DNA of 64,000 bases, from positions 1-64,000 of the forward strand of contig JBKHVI010000001.1 in assembly GCA_046570105.1 (NCBI GenBank). The letters run 5' to 3'. The position numbers were made by a program, and so were the translations under genes. The stretch comes from Bacteriovoracia bacterium. GTDB lineage: Bacteria; Bdellovibrionota; Bacteriovoracia; Bacteriovoracales; Bacteriovoracaceae. The notes beneath the pieces were generated by a model. The model searched no databases. It saw only the letters and a list, made by a program, of their open reading frames with translations, and had not been told where the DNA came from. This document shows, one piece after another, positions 1-10,600 of the stretch; position 1 is the stretch's first letter; each line of letters opens with the position of its first letter.

Positions 1-118
1 TGAACACATCACTATTTATCAGCGAGAAATAGTATCGTACCGCAAATATAGCTCTGCTCTAAATGATAAGTTTTATCCTGACATTACAGAAGTAGAAGCT
101 CAGCCCAAGCCTAAATAG
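1..118 (+). CDS. possible 3' end of a gene truncated by the window edge
   Basis: Open frame from position 2 (EHITIYQREIVSYRKYSSALNDKFYPDITEVEAQPKPK) ending in TAG at 116-118; no recognisable motif. Confidence 0.35.
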   Translation, partial: EHITIYQREIVSYRKYSSALNDKFYPDITEVEAQPKPK

Positions 119-359
119 CCAATTTTAGTTATGAACCAATAACTTTTAGTTCTTGTGCTTTAAGATATCTTTGATTTTCCAAGCTAGGTTTTAGTGCCTG
201 ATTTTCTTTTTTAAAAATCTGATTTAGCTTTTGCAGTTTCTCGTCAATTTTTCTTTCGGGATGTTCTACCATAGATTTTGATAGCTGATTGAAAGCTACT
301 TCAAAACCACTTTCAAAGTGAACAAAACTCAAATATCGAGCACCTGCCTCTACCAAGCC

Positions 360-1139
360 ATGAAGTTCTCTTATAAAGACTTGCTGCTAGTTTTTTTGTC
401 TTTATTTCATTTAACTACTGTTCTTTTGGTCTTCATCTATCCTCTCAACGGACTACAAGTTTTCATTGCCGGGACCATTGTGGTTTTGCTGATCAGCACC
501 AACTACCAATGCATCTCGCATAATTTTATTCATACTCCCTTCTTTAAAAGCACATTCATTAATAACCTATTTTCTGTCCTAAATTCGCTATGCCTTGGAC
601 TCCCGCAATCAGTTTACCGTGAACATCATCTCAACCATCACCGCTATAACAATGATCCAGCAAAAGATGAATCATCTCTTTATAAATTTGGCAAAGAAGG
701 AAAAGAAGAAAATGTTTTTAGCTACTGCTTGATTGGCGTATTTCGTACCGACCTCAAGTCCCTTTTTGTGAGAGCTCGGAAAGCAAATAATAAACTCGTA
801 TTACTAGAGCTGTTAGCCGTGCTCTGTTTTATGATACTTCTGATAAAATTATCACCCATCAGATTTATCACTTTTTATGCCAGCACTTGGTATTTCGGAC
901 AAGTCTTCGCTCTATTAGAAAACTTCGCCGAACATCATGGTGCCAAATTGCACGACCGCCAAAGAGATAGCGTGAGCTGTTACAATTCTGTTTATAATTT
1001 AGTTTGGTTTAATAATGGCTATCACCAAGAGCACCATTACCGCCCCCTGGTTCACTGGACGAAAATTAAGAGTGTAACTCAGGAGCTGCCCAAGGATCGC
1101 AAAACGACACGCTTCCTTCATCTAAGTAACTTAGGCTGA
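360..1139 (+). CDS. membrane fatty acid desaturase family protein
   Basis: Three His boxes (HNFIH, HHLNHH, HQEHH) and hydrophobic segments; ATG at 360 preferred over GTG at 318. Confidence 0.85.
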   Translation: MKFSYKDLLLVFLSLFHLTTVLLVFIYPLNGLQVFIAGTIVVLLISTNYQCISHNFIHTPFFKSTFINNLFSVLNSLCLGLPQSVYREHHLNHHRYNNDPAKDESSLYKFGKEGKEENVFSYCLIGVFRTDLKSLFVRARKANNKLVLLELLAVLCFMILLIKLSPIRFITFYASTWYFGQVFALLENFAEHHGAKLHDRQRDSVSCYNSVYNLVWFNNGYHQEHHYRPLVHWTKIKSVTQELPKDRKTTRFLHLSNLG

Positions 1140-1511
1140 CTCTTTACTCACGGTAATAAGTTTCAAATATTTTGAAAACTTTTCGAGATCAATTGGTTTA
1201 TCTAGAAAAAAAGTATTTTCAATAGTTTTGATCGAATCATAGAAATCCGGCACAAAACCAGAAATCATCATTACGGGGGTAAATTGATTCACACCCGGGC
1301 GCGACCGCAATGCTTTAAGAAAGTCTGCCCCTTTCAACAGCGGCATTTTATGATCAAGCGTAATCACATCAAATTTTCTTTGAGAGCAAAGTACAAATGC
1401 ATCAAGAGAGTCGTTTGATAATACGACGTCCTCATACCCAAGATGACTAAGATATTTTGAGTAAACTTCTTTCAATTCAACTTCGTCATCAATGATAAGT
1501 GCGCTTTTCAT
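1131..1511 (-). CDS. single-domain response regulator (CheY-like receiver)
   Basis: LIIDDE, phosphoacceptor in ITLDHKMP, ISG, KP motifs. Confidence 0.9.
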   Translation of the reverse strand: MKSALIIDDEVELKEVYSKYLSHLGYEDVVLSNDSLDAFVLCSQRKFDVITLDHKMPLLKGADFLKALRSRPGVNQFTPVMMISGFVPDFYDSIKTIENTFFLDKPIDLEKFSKYLKLITVSKESA

Positions 1512-1711
1512 AAAACCTCGCTATTAGAATCTAATCTATTATCGACATATTTGAGATTAACGGAGAGCTTAATTTTCCTAAGAAATATCAGCCAAAGACC
1601 GCTTTAGTTAGTTTGCTCTTACACTGTTGCTGTTTTTGCAACAAATATTCTTAATTGTTGCGACTTATGCACAGACGGCAAAACGATTATAGTGTGTTCA
1701 TGGAGGTTGTT

Positions 1712-2407
1712 ATGATTAAGATTCGCCGTTCCGCTGAAAGAGGTCAGGCAGACCATGGTTGGCTCAAAAGCCATCACACTTTTTCTTTTGCTGGCTATTA
1801 CGATCCCAAACATATGGGTTTCAGAAACTTACGCGTGATTAACCAAGGCTATGTTGCTGGCGGAGGTGGATTCCCGACTCACCCACATCGAGATATGGAA
1901 ATTGTCACGTATATGGTTGAGGGAGAACTCACCCACCGCGACACGATGGGAAACCAAGAAGTCATTCGTCGGGGAGAAATTCAGTATATGTGCGCCGGTA
2001 CTGGTGTTGCGCATTCTGAATATAACGCCAACACTGACAAGACTGCTCATCTTTTGCAAATTTGGATTGAGCCACAAGCAACAGGACTTAAGCCTGCTTA
2101 TGGCCAAAAATCCTTTTTGCCTCAATTTGCTCAAGGGGAGCTAGTTCGGGTTTTGTCGCCTGACGGTATTGATGGCTCAGTGGCCATCAATCAAGATGCA
2201 AATCTTTGGGTAGGATGGCTTAAGGCACAAAAACTTAAACTGCCATTGAAAAAAGAGCGTCACGGTTGGCTGCAAATTGTAAGCGGCGTTGTGAAAATTC
2301 ATAACGAGACACTCGTAGCGGGTGATGCCGTAGCAATAAGTGGTGAAGCTGATACTGAAATTGAAACGAGCGACAAAACAGAGTTACTCTTCTTTGATCT
2401 CACTTGA
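1712..2407 (+). CDS. pirin family protein (YhhW-like bicupin)
   Basis: HGWLKSHHTFSFAGYYDP, FPTHPHRDMEIVTY, AGTGVAHSE; GGAGG RBS before ATG 1712. Confidence 0.92.
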   Translation: MIKIRRSAERGQADHGWLKSHHTFSFAGYYDPKHMGFRNLRVINQGYVAGGGGFPTHPHRDMEIVTYMVEGELTHRDTMGNQEVIRRGEIQYMCAGTGVAHSEYNANTDKTAHLLQIWIEPQATGLKPAYGQKSFLPQFAQGELVRVLSPDGIDGSVAINQDANLWVGWLKAQKLKLPLKKERHGWLQIVSGVVKIHNETLVAGDAVAISGEADTEIETSDKTELLFFDLT

Positions 2408-3109
2408 AGCAAAGATCTTCTGCAAGATTTCGTTAAGCTCTGCTGGATTCGATCGCATAGGCCAGTGTCCAGCAGAGATTACATGCAATTCAACGTCGTC
2501 AAAAAAGCGTTTTAATTCTTTTAACTCTGGAGCAATCAAAAACGGATCTTTGTTGCCAAAAATAAATGTCGTCTTCACCATGACAGTTCCGCCAGGCTCA
2601 AATAGTTTTTTTGGAACACGCCAAGACATCTCTTTGTAGCGGGCCAAACCGTTTAAGACCTCAAATGAGTTTTGGCGTAGAGGATCATCTTTAGGTACAC
2701 CGCCTGCATCGTAAGCCAGTTTCAAGAATTGCTTTATGAATGGTTTAAGCGTGAAGGTATTGACCAGTGGATTAAAGAAAACTGTCATATAACTCGACTT
2801 AAGGACTTGATCCATTCTCTTAAGACGATGAGCAAACATCGCCAACCCCATCGTGTTTATTAGAACGAGATGACGAACCTGATCTGGATATGTTTGGGCG
2901 TACTCTACGGCCACTGGTCCACCCATATCATGAGCGACCAAAACGACTTCTTCGGTACCGATAAGTTCTTTCAACTTAAAGAGCTGATCCTCAAATTTCC
3001 AAGAATGAATGGTGGGCGCGATACAGCTATAAGATTTATCAAAGTGATAAGCTTGGTAGCTCCACACTTCAGCATTATCTGGAAAGCCATGTAAAAATAC
3101 GATTTTCAT
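2384..3109 (-). CDS. alpha/beta fold hydrolase (epoxide hydrolase-like)
   Basis: LHGFPD oxyanion motif, AHDMGG nucleophile elbow, C-terminal AGHW; GGAGGA RBS. Confidence 0.88.
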   Translation of the reverse strand: MKIVFLHGFPDNAEVWSYQAYHFDKSYSCIAPTIHSWKFEDQLFKLKELIGTEEVVLVAHDMGGPVAVEYAQTYPDQVRHLVLINTMGLAMFAHRLKRMDQVLKSSYMTVFFNPLVNTFTLKPFIKQFLKLAYDAGGVPKDDPLRQNSFEVLNGLARYKEMSWRVPKKLFEPGGTVMVKTTFIFGNKDPFLIAPELKELKRFFDDVELHVISAGHWPMRSNPAELNEILQKIFASSEIKEE

Positions 3110-3188
3110 TTCCTCCCAATAATAGCACACAGTAAAATATTTTTTAGTAGGATATCTCTCTTACTCTTTTACTCCACTATGGATTTAT

Positions 3189-3713
3189 ATGATTCGCCTA
3201 TTAAAAGAAAATGAAGCCGATCTTTATGTTCAACATCAGCTGCGCCTTTATGCAGAATCAGGCCGAGATGGGGATATTTTATTTGAGCCCTATAGTGTCC
3301 ATCACAAACATGACCCAGTAGAAATGAAGAAAAGAGCAGAAGACTCGATGAAAGCAACGGTAGGCTCACACGGCTGGAGACGATTTTGGGCACTCGAAGT
3401 TGATGGCATCATGCGAGGTGATATTTCTTTAGGAGGTAGCGGATTTCCAGCGACCTCTCATAGGGTGCAAATGGGAATGGGAATTGAGCGAGCCTTTCGC
3501 GGTCAAGGCCATGGAAAAAGAATGATCCAAACAGTAATTAATTGGTCACAAGAACAGAAGTTTACTTGGCTTGATCTACGAGTTTTTGGACACAACACAC
3601 CGGCCCGAGCTCTCTATCAGAAAATGGGATTTAGTGAAGTTGGAACGATGACTGATTTATTTCGGATTGATGAGCAGTCAATTGATGATGTGATGATGGT
3701 GCTTAAGCTTTAA
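3189..3713 (+). CDS. GNAT family N-acetyltransferase
   Basis: FRGQGHGKRM acetyl-CoA motif, NTPARALYQKMGF. Confidence 0.88.
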   Translation: MIRLLKENEADLYVQHQLRLYAESGRDGDILFEPYSVHHKHDPVEMKKRAEDSMKATVGSHGWRRFWALEVDGIMRGDISLGGSGFPATSHRVQMGMGIERAFRGQGHGKRMIQTVINWSQEQKFTWLDLRVFGHNTPARALYQKMGFSEVGTMTDLFRIDEQSIDDVMMVLKL

Positions 3714-4911
3714 CTAGCACACTTAAAAGTTCAACATGGGGAGTGTGCGGAAACATATCAAGTGGTGTGACCTGAGCCACTTTCCAACCGTTAAGTTGAA
3801 AGTCTTTAACATCCCGGGCCCAAGTTGTGGGCTCACACGAAATATAAATGAGCATTTCCAGCCTTGATAGATGAGTAAACATTCCTTTGCGTTTCTCAAT
3901 TCCTTCTCGTGGTGGATCGACTAACAAAATTTTAGCTTGAGCTTGCTTGCGTGCTAATTGCTGCCATACATCTTTGTCGTTCATATCAATTTCCATGATA
4001 CGAACACCTGGCAATTCTTTCTCTTTCAATTCTTGAATGGCACTTCCTCTCACTTCGGCTGCAAAAATATTATTAAAGCCTGCGCGTGAAAGAGCTTCCG
4101 TAAAATTACCAGAACCACAGAATGCTTCCACGATGGGATCTTCTCTACGACGCTCTTGTAGAGCAGCTATGATCCACGATTTCATGGCTTCGTTTTGCTC
4201 AGAGTTACCTTGGCGAAAAGGCCTGCGACGATTTGGAATCACCTCTTCTGTCTTTTGCAAATCATCCACTTCAAGATAACTCCAAGGATGAGTTGGAGTC
4301 GGTTGCCATTCAGCGTTTGGCAACTTTGCTCGTAATTCTTTGAGAATTCCACGCATGGGAGGATTGAGAATTAAGCAGTCTTCAATGGGAGCAAGATCAT
4401 TCGTGCCTTCAGAAACATAACCAAGACGCTTTCCATCCGTTTTAAACTGAGCACGATTGCGATAGCCCCACTCCGAAGGCGCAGCGATTAAAGGAAAGCG
4501 CACAGAAGGATGAATTCCGTTTTTATCTAAAAGAAAACTGATCCGCTGTTCTTTGGCCTGTACTTGGGCGGCATAACTAACAAACATCCAAGGACAACCT
4601 CCACAGGATGCTCCGGAATCGCCTCGATGTGGGCAAGGGGCTGCTACTCGCTCCTGTGCAGGCTTTGTAAGTTCGACAAGTTCAGCAAATTGATAATTTT
4701 GAGCTTTTTCCTCAACCCGAAAACGACCTTCGTCTCCCACCCATGTGCCCTTAGCAAAGAAAACTCTGCCATCAGCATGATCAATGACGCCATGACCTTT
4801 ATGGGATAGCGCGCGCACAGAAGCAATAAATTCTATGCTAGGATTGATCTCATGAGATGGCTTTGTTTGATCTTTATGATTCATAGTTTTGTGGGCTGTA
4901 GTTCGATTCAA
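3703..4911 (-). CDS. RlmD/TrmA family RNA (uracil-5)-methyltransferase
   Basis: TRAM-like N-terminus, CPH..CGGC Fe-S motif, YRNR, FCGSGNF, DPPREG, YISCEP, DMFPHTPHVE; true start uncertain because of head-to-head overlap with the next gene. Confidence 0.85.
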   Translation of the reverse strand: MNRTTAHKTMNHKDQTKPSHEINPSIEFIASVRALSHKGHGVIDHADGRVFFAKGTWVGDEGRFRVEEKAQNYQFAELVELTKPAQERVAAPCPHRGDSGASCGGCPWMFVSYAAQVQAKEQRISFLLDKNGIHPSVRFPLIAAPSEWGYRNRAQFKTDGKRLGYVSEGTNDLAPIEDCLILNPPMRGILKELRAKLPNAEWQPTPTHPWSYLEVDDLQKTEEVIPNRRRPFRQGNSEQNEAMKSWIIAALQERRREDPIVEAFCGSGNFTEALSRAGFNNIFAAEVRGSAIQELKEKELPGVRIMEIDMNDKDVWQQLARKQAQAKILLVDPPREGIEKRKGMFTHLSRLEMLIYISCEPTTWARDVKDFQLNGWKVAQVTPLDMFPHTPHVELLSVLVKA

Positions 4912-5136
4912 CCGAAAACTACTCCGGCCCTAGCAGAAGAGGAAGTAAAATCCCACCTCGTCACAGTTGGGACCACCTTAGAGCATATTTTTCAGTCCTA
5001 TGCCCTTGGCTGTGTCGAGGCGAATCAAGCTCTTGGCCGCAAAAATGTCTTTCTTGAATGTCGTGCCAAGGCCCAAAAACACACTGAAGCCGTAGAAAAC
5101 CTACTTAGAATGCCCGCTGAAGGAGAAAAGCCATGA
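4852..5136 (+). CDS. putative lipoprotein
   Basis: Short hydrophobic leader with lipobox-like FVGC; stop overlaps next ATG (ATGA). Confidence 0.6.
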   Translation: MRWLCLIFMIHSFVGCSSIQPKTTPALAEEEVKSHLVTVGTTLEHIFQSYALGCVEANQALGRKNVFLECRAKAQKHTEAVENLLRMPAEGEKP

Positions 5137-5594
5137 GAACTTTTCAAGAATGGATGGATGAATATGCAATCTCTCATCAAAATCCAACCAATCAATTAAT
5201 CCATAAAATTTTCGTTCCATTGATTATGCTTTCAGTTTTGGGGATTCTCTGGAGCATTCCTAGTCCGGCATTTTTCGTGTACGCACGCGGCTTAAATTGG
5301 GCGACACTTTTTGTGATTTTTGCCCTTAGTTTTTACTACCGGCTTAATCGACTTATGTTTGTCGGTATGATGATACAAACGACTCTTATGCTGATGATTT
5401 GCGCATATGTCGCCACGACTGGATTTCTCCTTCAGGCGAGTATAGGAGTATTTGTGATCTCATGGATTTTCCAATTTTGGGGGCACAAGATTGAAGGTAA
5501 AAAACCATCATTTGCCACCGATTTGGCCTTTCTTCTTATCGGGCCTATGTGGGTTCAACGCTTTATTTTTGCCAAAATAGGACTTAAAGTCTAA
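5133..5594 (+). CDS. DUF962 / Mpo1-like membrane protein
   Basis: YAISHQNPTNQLIH, QFWGHKIEGKKPSF, LLIGP motifs. Confidence 0.85.
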   Translation: MRTFQEWMDEYAISHQNPTNQLIHKIFVPLIMLSVLGILWSIPSPAFFVYARGLNWATLFVIFALSFYYRLNRLMFVGMMIQTTLMLMICAYVATTGFLLQASIGVFVISWIFQFWGHKIEGKKPSFATDLAFLLIGPMWVQRFIFAKIGLKV

Positions 5595-5689
5595 TTCATT
5601 CATTTTACTTATCAACAAGATCAAATTGATTCATTGTATTGATTCAATCTTCTTTGTTACTTCTTACTCACCAAGAATAAGGAGTCATT

Positions 5690-6346
5690 ATGAATTCACG
5701 TCGAAATTTTCTCACTCACGGCTTTGTATTAGGGGCGATGGGACTCGCAGGAAAAGCCATTGCCGATAGCTGCGACTTTCGTCTCACTCCTCGCCAGGCC
5801 TTGGGGCCATTCTACCCTGTTGAGTTTCCCGCTGATAGTGATGTGGATTTAACTCAAATTAAGGGTTCAAACCGACGCGCAACTGGACAAGTAATGATCG
5901 TTGAAGGAGTTGTCACTGATGAATTTTGCCATCCAATTCAAGGTGCTGTGGTTGAGATTTGGCAGGCCTGTCATACCGGCCGATACAATCATCCTTCTGA
6001 TACCAGCACTAATAAACTTGATCCTCATTTTCAATACTATGGAGTAATGAAAACAGATGCTCAAGGACGTTACCGCTTTAAGACGATCAAGCCTGGCCAT
6101 TATGCAGCTAGTGACACTTGGATGCGTCCGCCACATATTCATTACAAAGTGACTTTGCGAGGCTACAAAGAGTTGGTGACTCAAATGTATTGGGGTGATG
6201 AAGACCTCAATAATCAAGATCGCATTCTGATGGCAATTCCTGCTGCAGAAAGAAGTAAAGTTGTCGTGCCATTTGCATCTGTTGTGGTGGATGGTGAAAG
6301 AGTGGGCCGCGGACAATTTGATATTACACTCGCCAAGATTCCTTAA
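5690..6346 (+). CDS. Tat-exported intradiol ring-cleavage dioxygenase family protein
   Basis: SRRNFL twin-arginine leader; GPFYP, VEIWQA..GRY, RPPHIH iron-ligand motifs. Confidence 0.85.
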   Translation: MNSRRNFLTHGFVLGAMGLAGKAIADSCDFRLTPRQALGPFYPVEFPADSDVDLTQIKGSNRRATGQVMIVEGVVTDEFCHPIQGAVVEIWQACHTGRYNHPSDTSTNKLDPHFQYYGVMKTDAQGRYRFKTIKPGHYAASDTWMRPPHIHYKVTLRGYKELVTQMYWGDEDLNNQDRILMAIPAAERSKVVVPFASVVVDGERVGRGQFDITLAKIP

Positions 6347-6348
6347 AT

Positions 6349-6381
6349 AAAAAGGCCCACCAAAGTGGGCCTTCATTTTTT
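6349..6381. terminator. bidirectional intrinsic terminator
   Basis: aaggcccac-caaa-gtgggcctt stem flanked by A and T tracts between convergent genes. Confidence 0.8.
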
Positions 6382-9232
6382 ATGGAGTCGTGTAATTCGG
6401 ATTTGGACCGTAGAGCATCCCTCCACCGAAGAACGAGTAAATCAAGCGACGAGAGTCAACCGGATCTATCGTAATAGAGCGAGCGTTACGTTGTAATGGA
6501 AGCGAAGTATTTTTAAACCACGTCACGCCACCATCAGGACTATTCAACTGACCACCTTCACCCCATGTCCCAGAGAGATCATAGTATCCTGCGACTGAAA
6601 TCTTTTTGGTGTCTTTTGGATCAATTTTAATATCAACCGCGTGAGTGACCTGTTTTACACGATTCCAAGTCACACCTCTGTCTGTTGATTTCCAAACACC
6701 CGACATGAGCCAGTTGCGATTATTTTCGTAATCAACCAACCACAAATTATTTGGCTCTTTGAAATCAATCGCAAAGGCAGTCGGATAATACCAAACCTTA
6801 GAACCTAAATCAGCCGTCGGTGGATAATTCACTGTTCCTCTGAGAAGTGTCCATGTGGTTGAACCGGCCACTACGTTTAAGAAGTAAATCCCTGTGCCAG
6901 CTTGATTGGAGAATGTCGGTGCATCACCAGTCAAAAGTGCATAAACGTTACCGTTACTCGGATCAACTTCAATCTGAGGAATGATTTTATTGCCTGCAGG
7001 AAGTCCTGCATTGAACAGCGACCAAGTGGCACCATTATCAGTTGAGCGGGCAATCCCCACTTCATGTGTACCTGCGTAAATATGCTTGCGAGTTGAATCG
7101 AAACCGATCGACAAGAACTGACGATTAAAGGTGGCATCATTAGGAGTGAGGCGGCGATAAGTACGACCGCGATCTGATGATGAATAAACTCCACCTTCGT
7201 TTTTGACTGCATTTGCATGCCACTCATTTGGGAAGTCGTGCAAATTGCCGACAGCGGTATAAACCACATTGTCGTTTGTCGAATCAAAAGCATAGTCGTA
7301 GTGACTGTTGTAAGCCGCTTTCGTAATACGGAAACTCTGTCCCCCATCTTCTGAAACCATACCCGCAATATCAGCAACAGCAGCATAAAGTAGATTGGCA
7401 TTTGTCGGGTGGAACTTTGAGCGATAGACCGTGATAACTTCTAGACCGCGAGTTTTCCAATTCTGCTTGAGAGCTGGTTCAGTTGTTCCAGCATATTGAG
7501 TAAAGGCCGCTTTCCAGTTTGAACCCGCATTAGCCGTCGCATGCATAAAGAAATATCCAGTACCTGCTGCGACTTGAGAGTTACGACGATTAATTTCAAA
7601 ACTCGTATAACCATCATCCCACCAACCGACATCCATGGCGACTGCTGAGTATTCAATCTTGTCTTTAGGCCATGGAGCATATGGGATTACATCGTAGTTG
7701 ATTTGATTCAACTTTAATTCCCAAGTTTGACCTTTGTTACGAGATACATGAATTTTTGTACCGTACTGACGAATCCAAGCACGTGCACCTGTCACATAAA
7801 TGGTTGAGGCATCGTTTTCTGCCATCTTAATATGATCACCAGCAATCTGAGCATTTCTTACGAAGCTCGTACCCGCTTGGCTAACCCACACATAACCACA
7901 ATTCGCTTTGGTTTGTGTGATTGAGTTTTGGCCCCAATCATTTAGATACGGATCAACCCAGGCACAGGCCTGAGTTCCATTATTATCTACAAATGAAAGT
8001 GTCAGACCTGTTGAATCGCGGCCACCTGCAAAACCTCTTACTTCTAAACCAGCTGGTGAGTAGAAAGTTGTGAAGCTGCCGCCGTTGTTACTTGAAACAA
8101 GAAGCCCCGTTCGAACTGCGTGATAAACTTTTGCATCAGCTGAATCAATAAATGTCCCGACCGAATCACCGGCCGCACTAGCAATACGCACCCAAGACAC
8201 GCCTTTATCTTCAGACTTCAAGAGTCCAAGATTGGTGGCGCAATAGATACGGTTGGCGTTAGTAGAATCACCATGCCAATACTTAATATATTCGCTAGTA
8301 CCAAGTGGCATACTGATATTCGTAAACGTATCACCGCTATCAAGACTGCGACGTGGACGAATGCCTCCAGCGGCATGAAACACAGTCGTACCATCGGCTG
8401 AGAATCCAACACTCACTGAGCGTGTCAGATCCGAACTGAAAACAGCTTGGAGATGGTTAACAGCGCGCCAGCTCTGACCTTGATCGATACTCTTAAAGAG
8501 CGTCCCCATATCGGTTCCGACGAACCATAGATTGCTGTATGGTGAAATTGAAACGCCGCTCATGGCACCACCACCACCTACACCAATAGGTATGTAGCCC
8601 GTGGGTACTGGTGTTGGAGTCGGTGTCGGCGTTGGCTCCGGTGTTGGAGTCGGTGTCGGCGTTGGCTCCGGTGTTGGAGTCGGTGTCGGCGTTGGCTCTG
8701 GTGTTGGAGTCGGTGTCGGCGTTGGCTCCGGTATTGGCGCTGGAGTCACATCCACCACTGAGAAATCATCCACATATAAATAGGAAGAGGCCCCTGCTTC
8801 TTTCAGCGCGTAGATCTCCGCCTTCGCTGCATTAGCAGGAACTTTTACAGTACGAGAATATTCACGATAGGTCGTTGCACCAATCGCGATTTTATCTTCT
8901 TGAAGTAGTGCCCCCGCTGCATTTTTAAAACGGATACTCACTAGCGAAGAAACGGCCATCGAGCCGATCTTTGCCCAAGCAGAAAACTTATAAGTGTTGC
9001 CCACTTTGAGCTTACTCATAACATCTTGTGTGACTGAACTTTGTTTGGTGCCCAGCCTTACCGCCTTACTGCCACTATGCTGGTTATTCGCCATCATTGT
9101 GGTGGAGCCACTTCGTTTCCAGCTAGTGAAGCTCGATTCGAAGCCAGGGTTAGTAACGAGGTTTTGCGCAAACGCCATTGAAGATGTCAGCGCAATAACC
9201 AAACTAAGTGTTTTAAATAGTGTATTTTTCAT
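6380..9232 (-). CDS. secreted carbohydrate-binding module + PT linker + GH74-like BNR-repeat beta-propeller
   Basis: Signal peptide (AFA), [13 protein letters not shown]-like start, Pro/Thr linker, GGGG..GTDMG motif, many SxDxGxTW BNR repeats. Confidence 0.75.
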   Translation of the reverse strand: MKNTLFKTLSLVIALTSSMAFAQNLVTNPGFESSFTSWKRSGSTTMMANNQHSGSKAVRLGTKQSSVTQDVMSKLKVGNTYKFSAWAKIGSMAVSSLVSIRFKNAAGALLQEDKIAIGATTYREYSRTVKVPANAAKAEIYALKEAGASSYLYVDDFSVVDVTPAPIPEPTPTPTPTPEPTPTPTPTPEPTPTPTPTPEPTPTPTPTPVPTGYIPIGVGGGGAMSGVSISPYSNLWFVGTDMGTLFKSIDQGQSWRAVNHLQAVFSSDLTRSVSVGFSADGTTVFHAAGGIRPRRSLDSGDTFTNISMPLGTSEYIKYWHGDSTNANRIYCATNLGLLKSEDKGVSWVRIASAAGDSVGTFIDSADAKVYHAVRTGLLVSSNNGGSFTTFYSPAGLEVRGFAGGRDSTGLTLSFVDNNGTQACAWVDPYLNDWGQNSITQTKANCGYVWVSQAGTSFVRNAQIAGDHIKMAENDASTIYVTGARAWIRQYGTKIHVSRNKGQTWELKLNQINYDVIPYAPWPKDKIEYSAVAMDVGWWDDGYTSFEINRRNSQVAAGTGYFFMHATANAGSNWKAAFTQYAGTTEPALKQNWKTRGLEVITVYRSKFHPTNANLLYAAVADIAGMVSEDGGQSFRITKAAYNSHYDYAFDSTNDNVVYTAVGNLHDFPNEWHANAVKNEGGVYSSSDRGRTYRRLTPNDATFNRQFLSIGFDSTRKHIYAGTHEVGIARSTDNGATWSLFNAGLPAGNKIIPQIEVDPSNGNVYALLTGDAPTFSNQAGTGIYFLNVVAGSTTWTLLRGTVNYPPTADLGSKVWYYPTAFAIDFKEPNNLWLVDYENNRNWLMSGVWKSTDRGVTWNRVKQVTHAVDIKIDPKDTKKISVAGYYDLSGTWGEGGQLNSPDGGVTWFKNTSLPLQRNARSITIDPVDSRRLIYSFFGGGMLYGPNPNYTTP
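8610..8729. repeat. 4 x 30-bp tandem repeat encoding the [10 protein letters not shown] linker
   Basis: ggtgttggagtcggtgtcggcgttggctc(c/t) repeated four times. Confidence 0.95.
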
Positions 9233-9313
9233 TCTTCCATTTTGAGTGGTGGAATGAAAATTTGCGACGAGAGCTTTTTGCCGTTTTGCTTTTAACAACC
9301 TGTATAGGTCGGA

Positions 9314-10600
9314 TTATTCCCAAGTCATGTTGGTAGGATTAAATCGGCCTTGAACTTTTTGCTGTGAGATAAACTCAATCGATTTGTCTTTGGTATCAAT
9401 GAATAAATCAACTGTGGCGAAGTAGCCAGTTCCAAAACTTTGCCAATCAGGTGCCAAGAAATCTGCACCAAAACGTACACTCCAAGATCCGTCAGGTATA
9501 AACATTTCAAAGCGCTTGTGTCGTGTATCGACCGTTTTGCTAATAACGGTCTCCCCTCTCTTTTGAACATTGGTAATAATTCGAGGTCTGCGGCCTTCTC
9601 GCATCTGAACCGACTGAGGCAGATTATTTCCACCAAACAGCAACGGAAACTGACGATCAAAGAAAATGCGATAATCCTGCGGATTCAAACCTAGATCGGT
9701 CGCCGTTTGATAAAAACGATCCCACAAATAAACTGAACTCAATCGCTGACCATGCCAGAATCCTCGCGGAAATTTTTCAAGCACGACATTTTCATGCTGT
9801 AACTTTTCAAAAAGCTTTACTCTCCACTCACAAACCAAGCGCAACTCATTTTCATTGTAAGGAGCTTCTTGTCCACGATCTTCCAAAAGATAATCTGGCC
9901 CTTTAAATTTTGTGAGCGAAGGCATGGAGCTTTTTTCTTTCACTAATGTTGTTTCTGCTAACAGCTGCCTTAATTCATCAGCTCCCAGATTGGGTCGGCC
10001 TAAAATATCAGTCAGTGGACCAAGCGCATTTTCAACTTCGTGCTCATCCATTCGTTGAGCATTTCCACCAGGGCCAGTGTCTGGACCCATAAACGGAAAA
10101 TGAAACTCGGGATGATTATGAAGCCAAGCAAAATAGCGTGCAACAAGTTTGGGATTGTGATGAAGAGGATTGGTGGCTGCTGTAAAGCCACCCATATTCA
10201 CATGGCAGCCGCCTTCCGTTCCACCCTTCACTCCGTACCACCAATTGCGATAGGTCACGAGTCCTGAATTGAGTGCACCTTGAAACATCGGAGCATTCAC
10301 TTCCTCAATTTGATCTATGAGGCACGGTGGTGTTTTAACTTCGATTGAACCTGGATCCATGGTGACATAAAACTGCGTCTCGCCTTTTCGATTTATGACC
10401 TCATATTGAATATGATTCCAAATATCGAGACTCTCCTTAACTCTTCCACCCAAAACTTTTGCTGTCTCTTCCGCACACGCCAGCATTCGCTCGCGCTTTT
10501 TTGGAGTATCCGAAGTTGAAACAAAGCCGGGCTCAGTCCACCAATCAGTAGTGGTAAAAGTTTGCTCAAAACCAAAACTTAAATTCTTGCGAATATCCAT
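9314..10600 (-). CDS. putative amidoligase (DUF2126-like COOH-NH2 ligase domain)
   Basis: GFEQ, DPGSIEV and GTEGGCHVNMGG resemble DUF2126 motifs as I recall them; start coupled to aspC stop (TAATG). Confidence 0.6.
   Translation of the reverse strand: MDIRKNLSFGFEQTFTTTDWWTEPGFVSTSDTPKKRERMLACAEETAKVLGGRVKESLDIWNHIQYEVINRKGETQFYVTMDPGSIEVKTPPCLIDQIEEVNAPMFQGALNSGLVTYRNWWYGVKGGTEGGCHVNMGGFTAATNPLHHNPKLVARYFAWLHNHPEFHFPFMGPDTGPGGNAQRMDEHEVENALGPLTDILGRPNLGADELRQLLAETTLVKEKSSMPSLTKFKGPDYLLEDRGQEAPYNENELRLVCEWRVKLFEKLQHENVVLEKFPRGFWHGQRLSSVYLWDRFYQTATDLGLNPQDYRIFFDRQFPLLFGGNNLPQSVQMREGRRPRIITNVQKRGETVISKTVDTRHKRFEMFIPDGSWSVRFGADFLAPDWQSFGTGYFATVDLFIDTKDKSIEFISQQKVQGRFNPTNMTWE

Noticed and set aside
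129..356. 75-aa minus-strand ORF
   Set aside because: No recognisable motif or clear RBS; it cannot be supported or excluded
1529..1562. GTCGATAA sigma28-like -10 upstream of the response regulator
   Set aside because: No -35 element at 15-nt spacing
5625..5648. attgattca direct repeat upstream of the dioxygenase
   Set aside because: Short and AT-rich, and does not fit FNR spacing; may be chance
8601..8835. GV-repeat and [16 protein letters not shown] ORFs on the + strand; possible CRISPR-like array
   Set aside because: Shadow frames of the PT linker; the repeats are contiguous with no spacers and there are no cas genes
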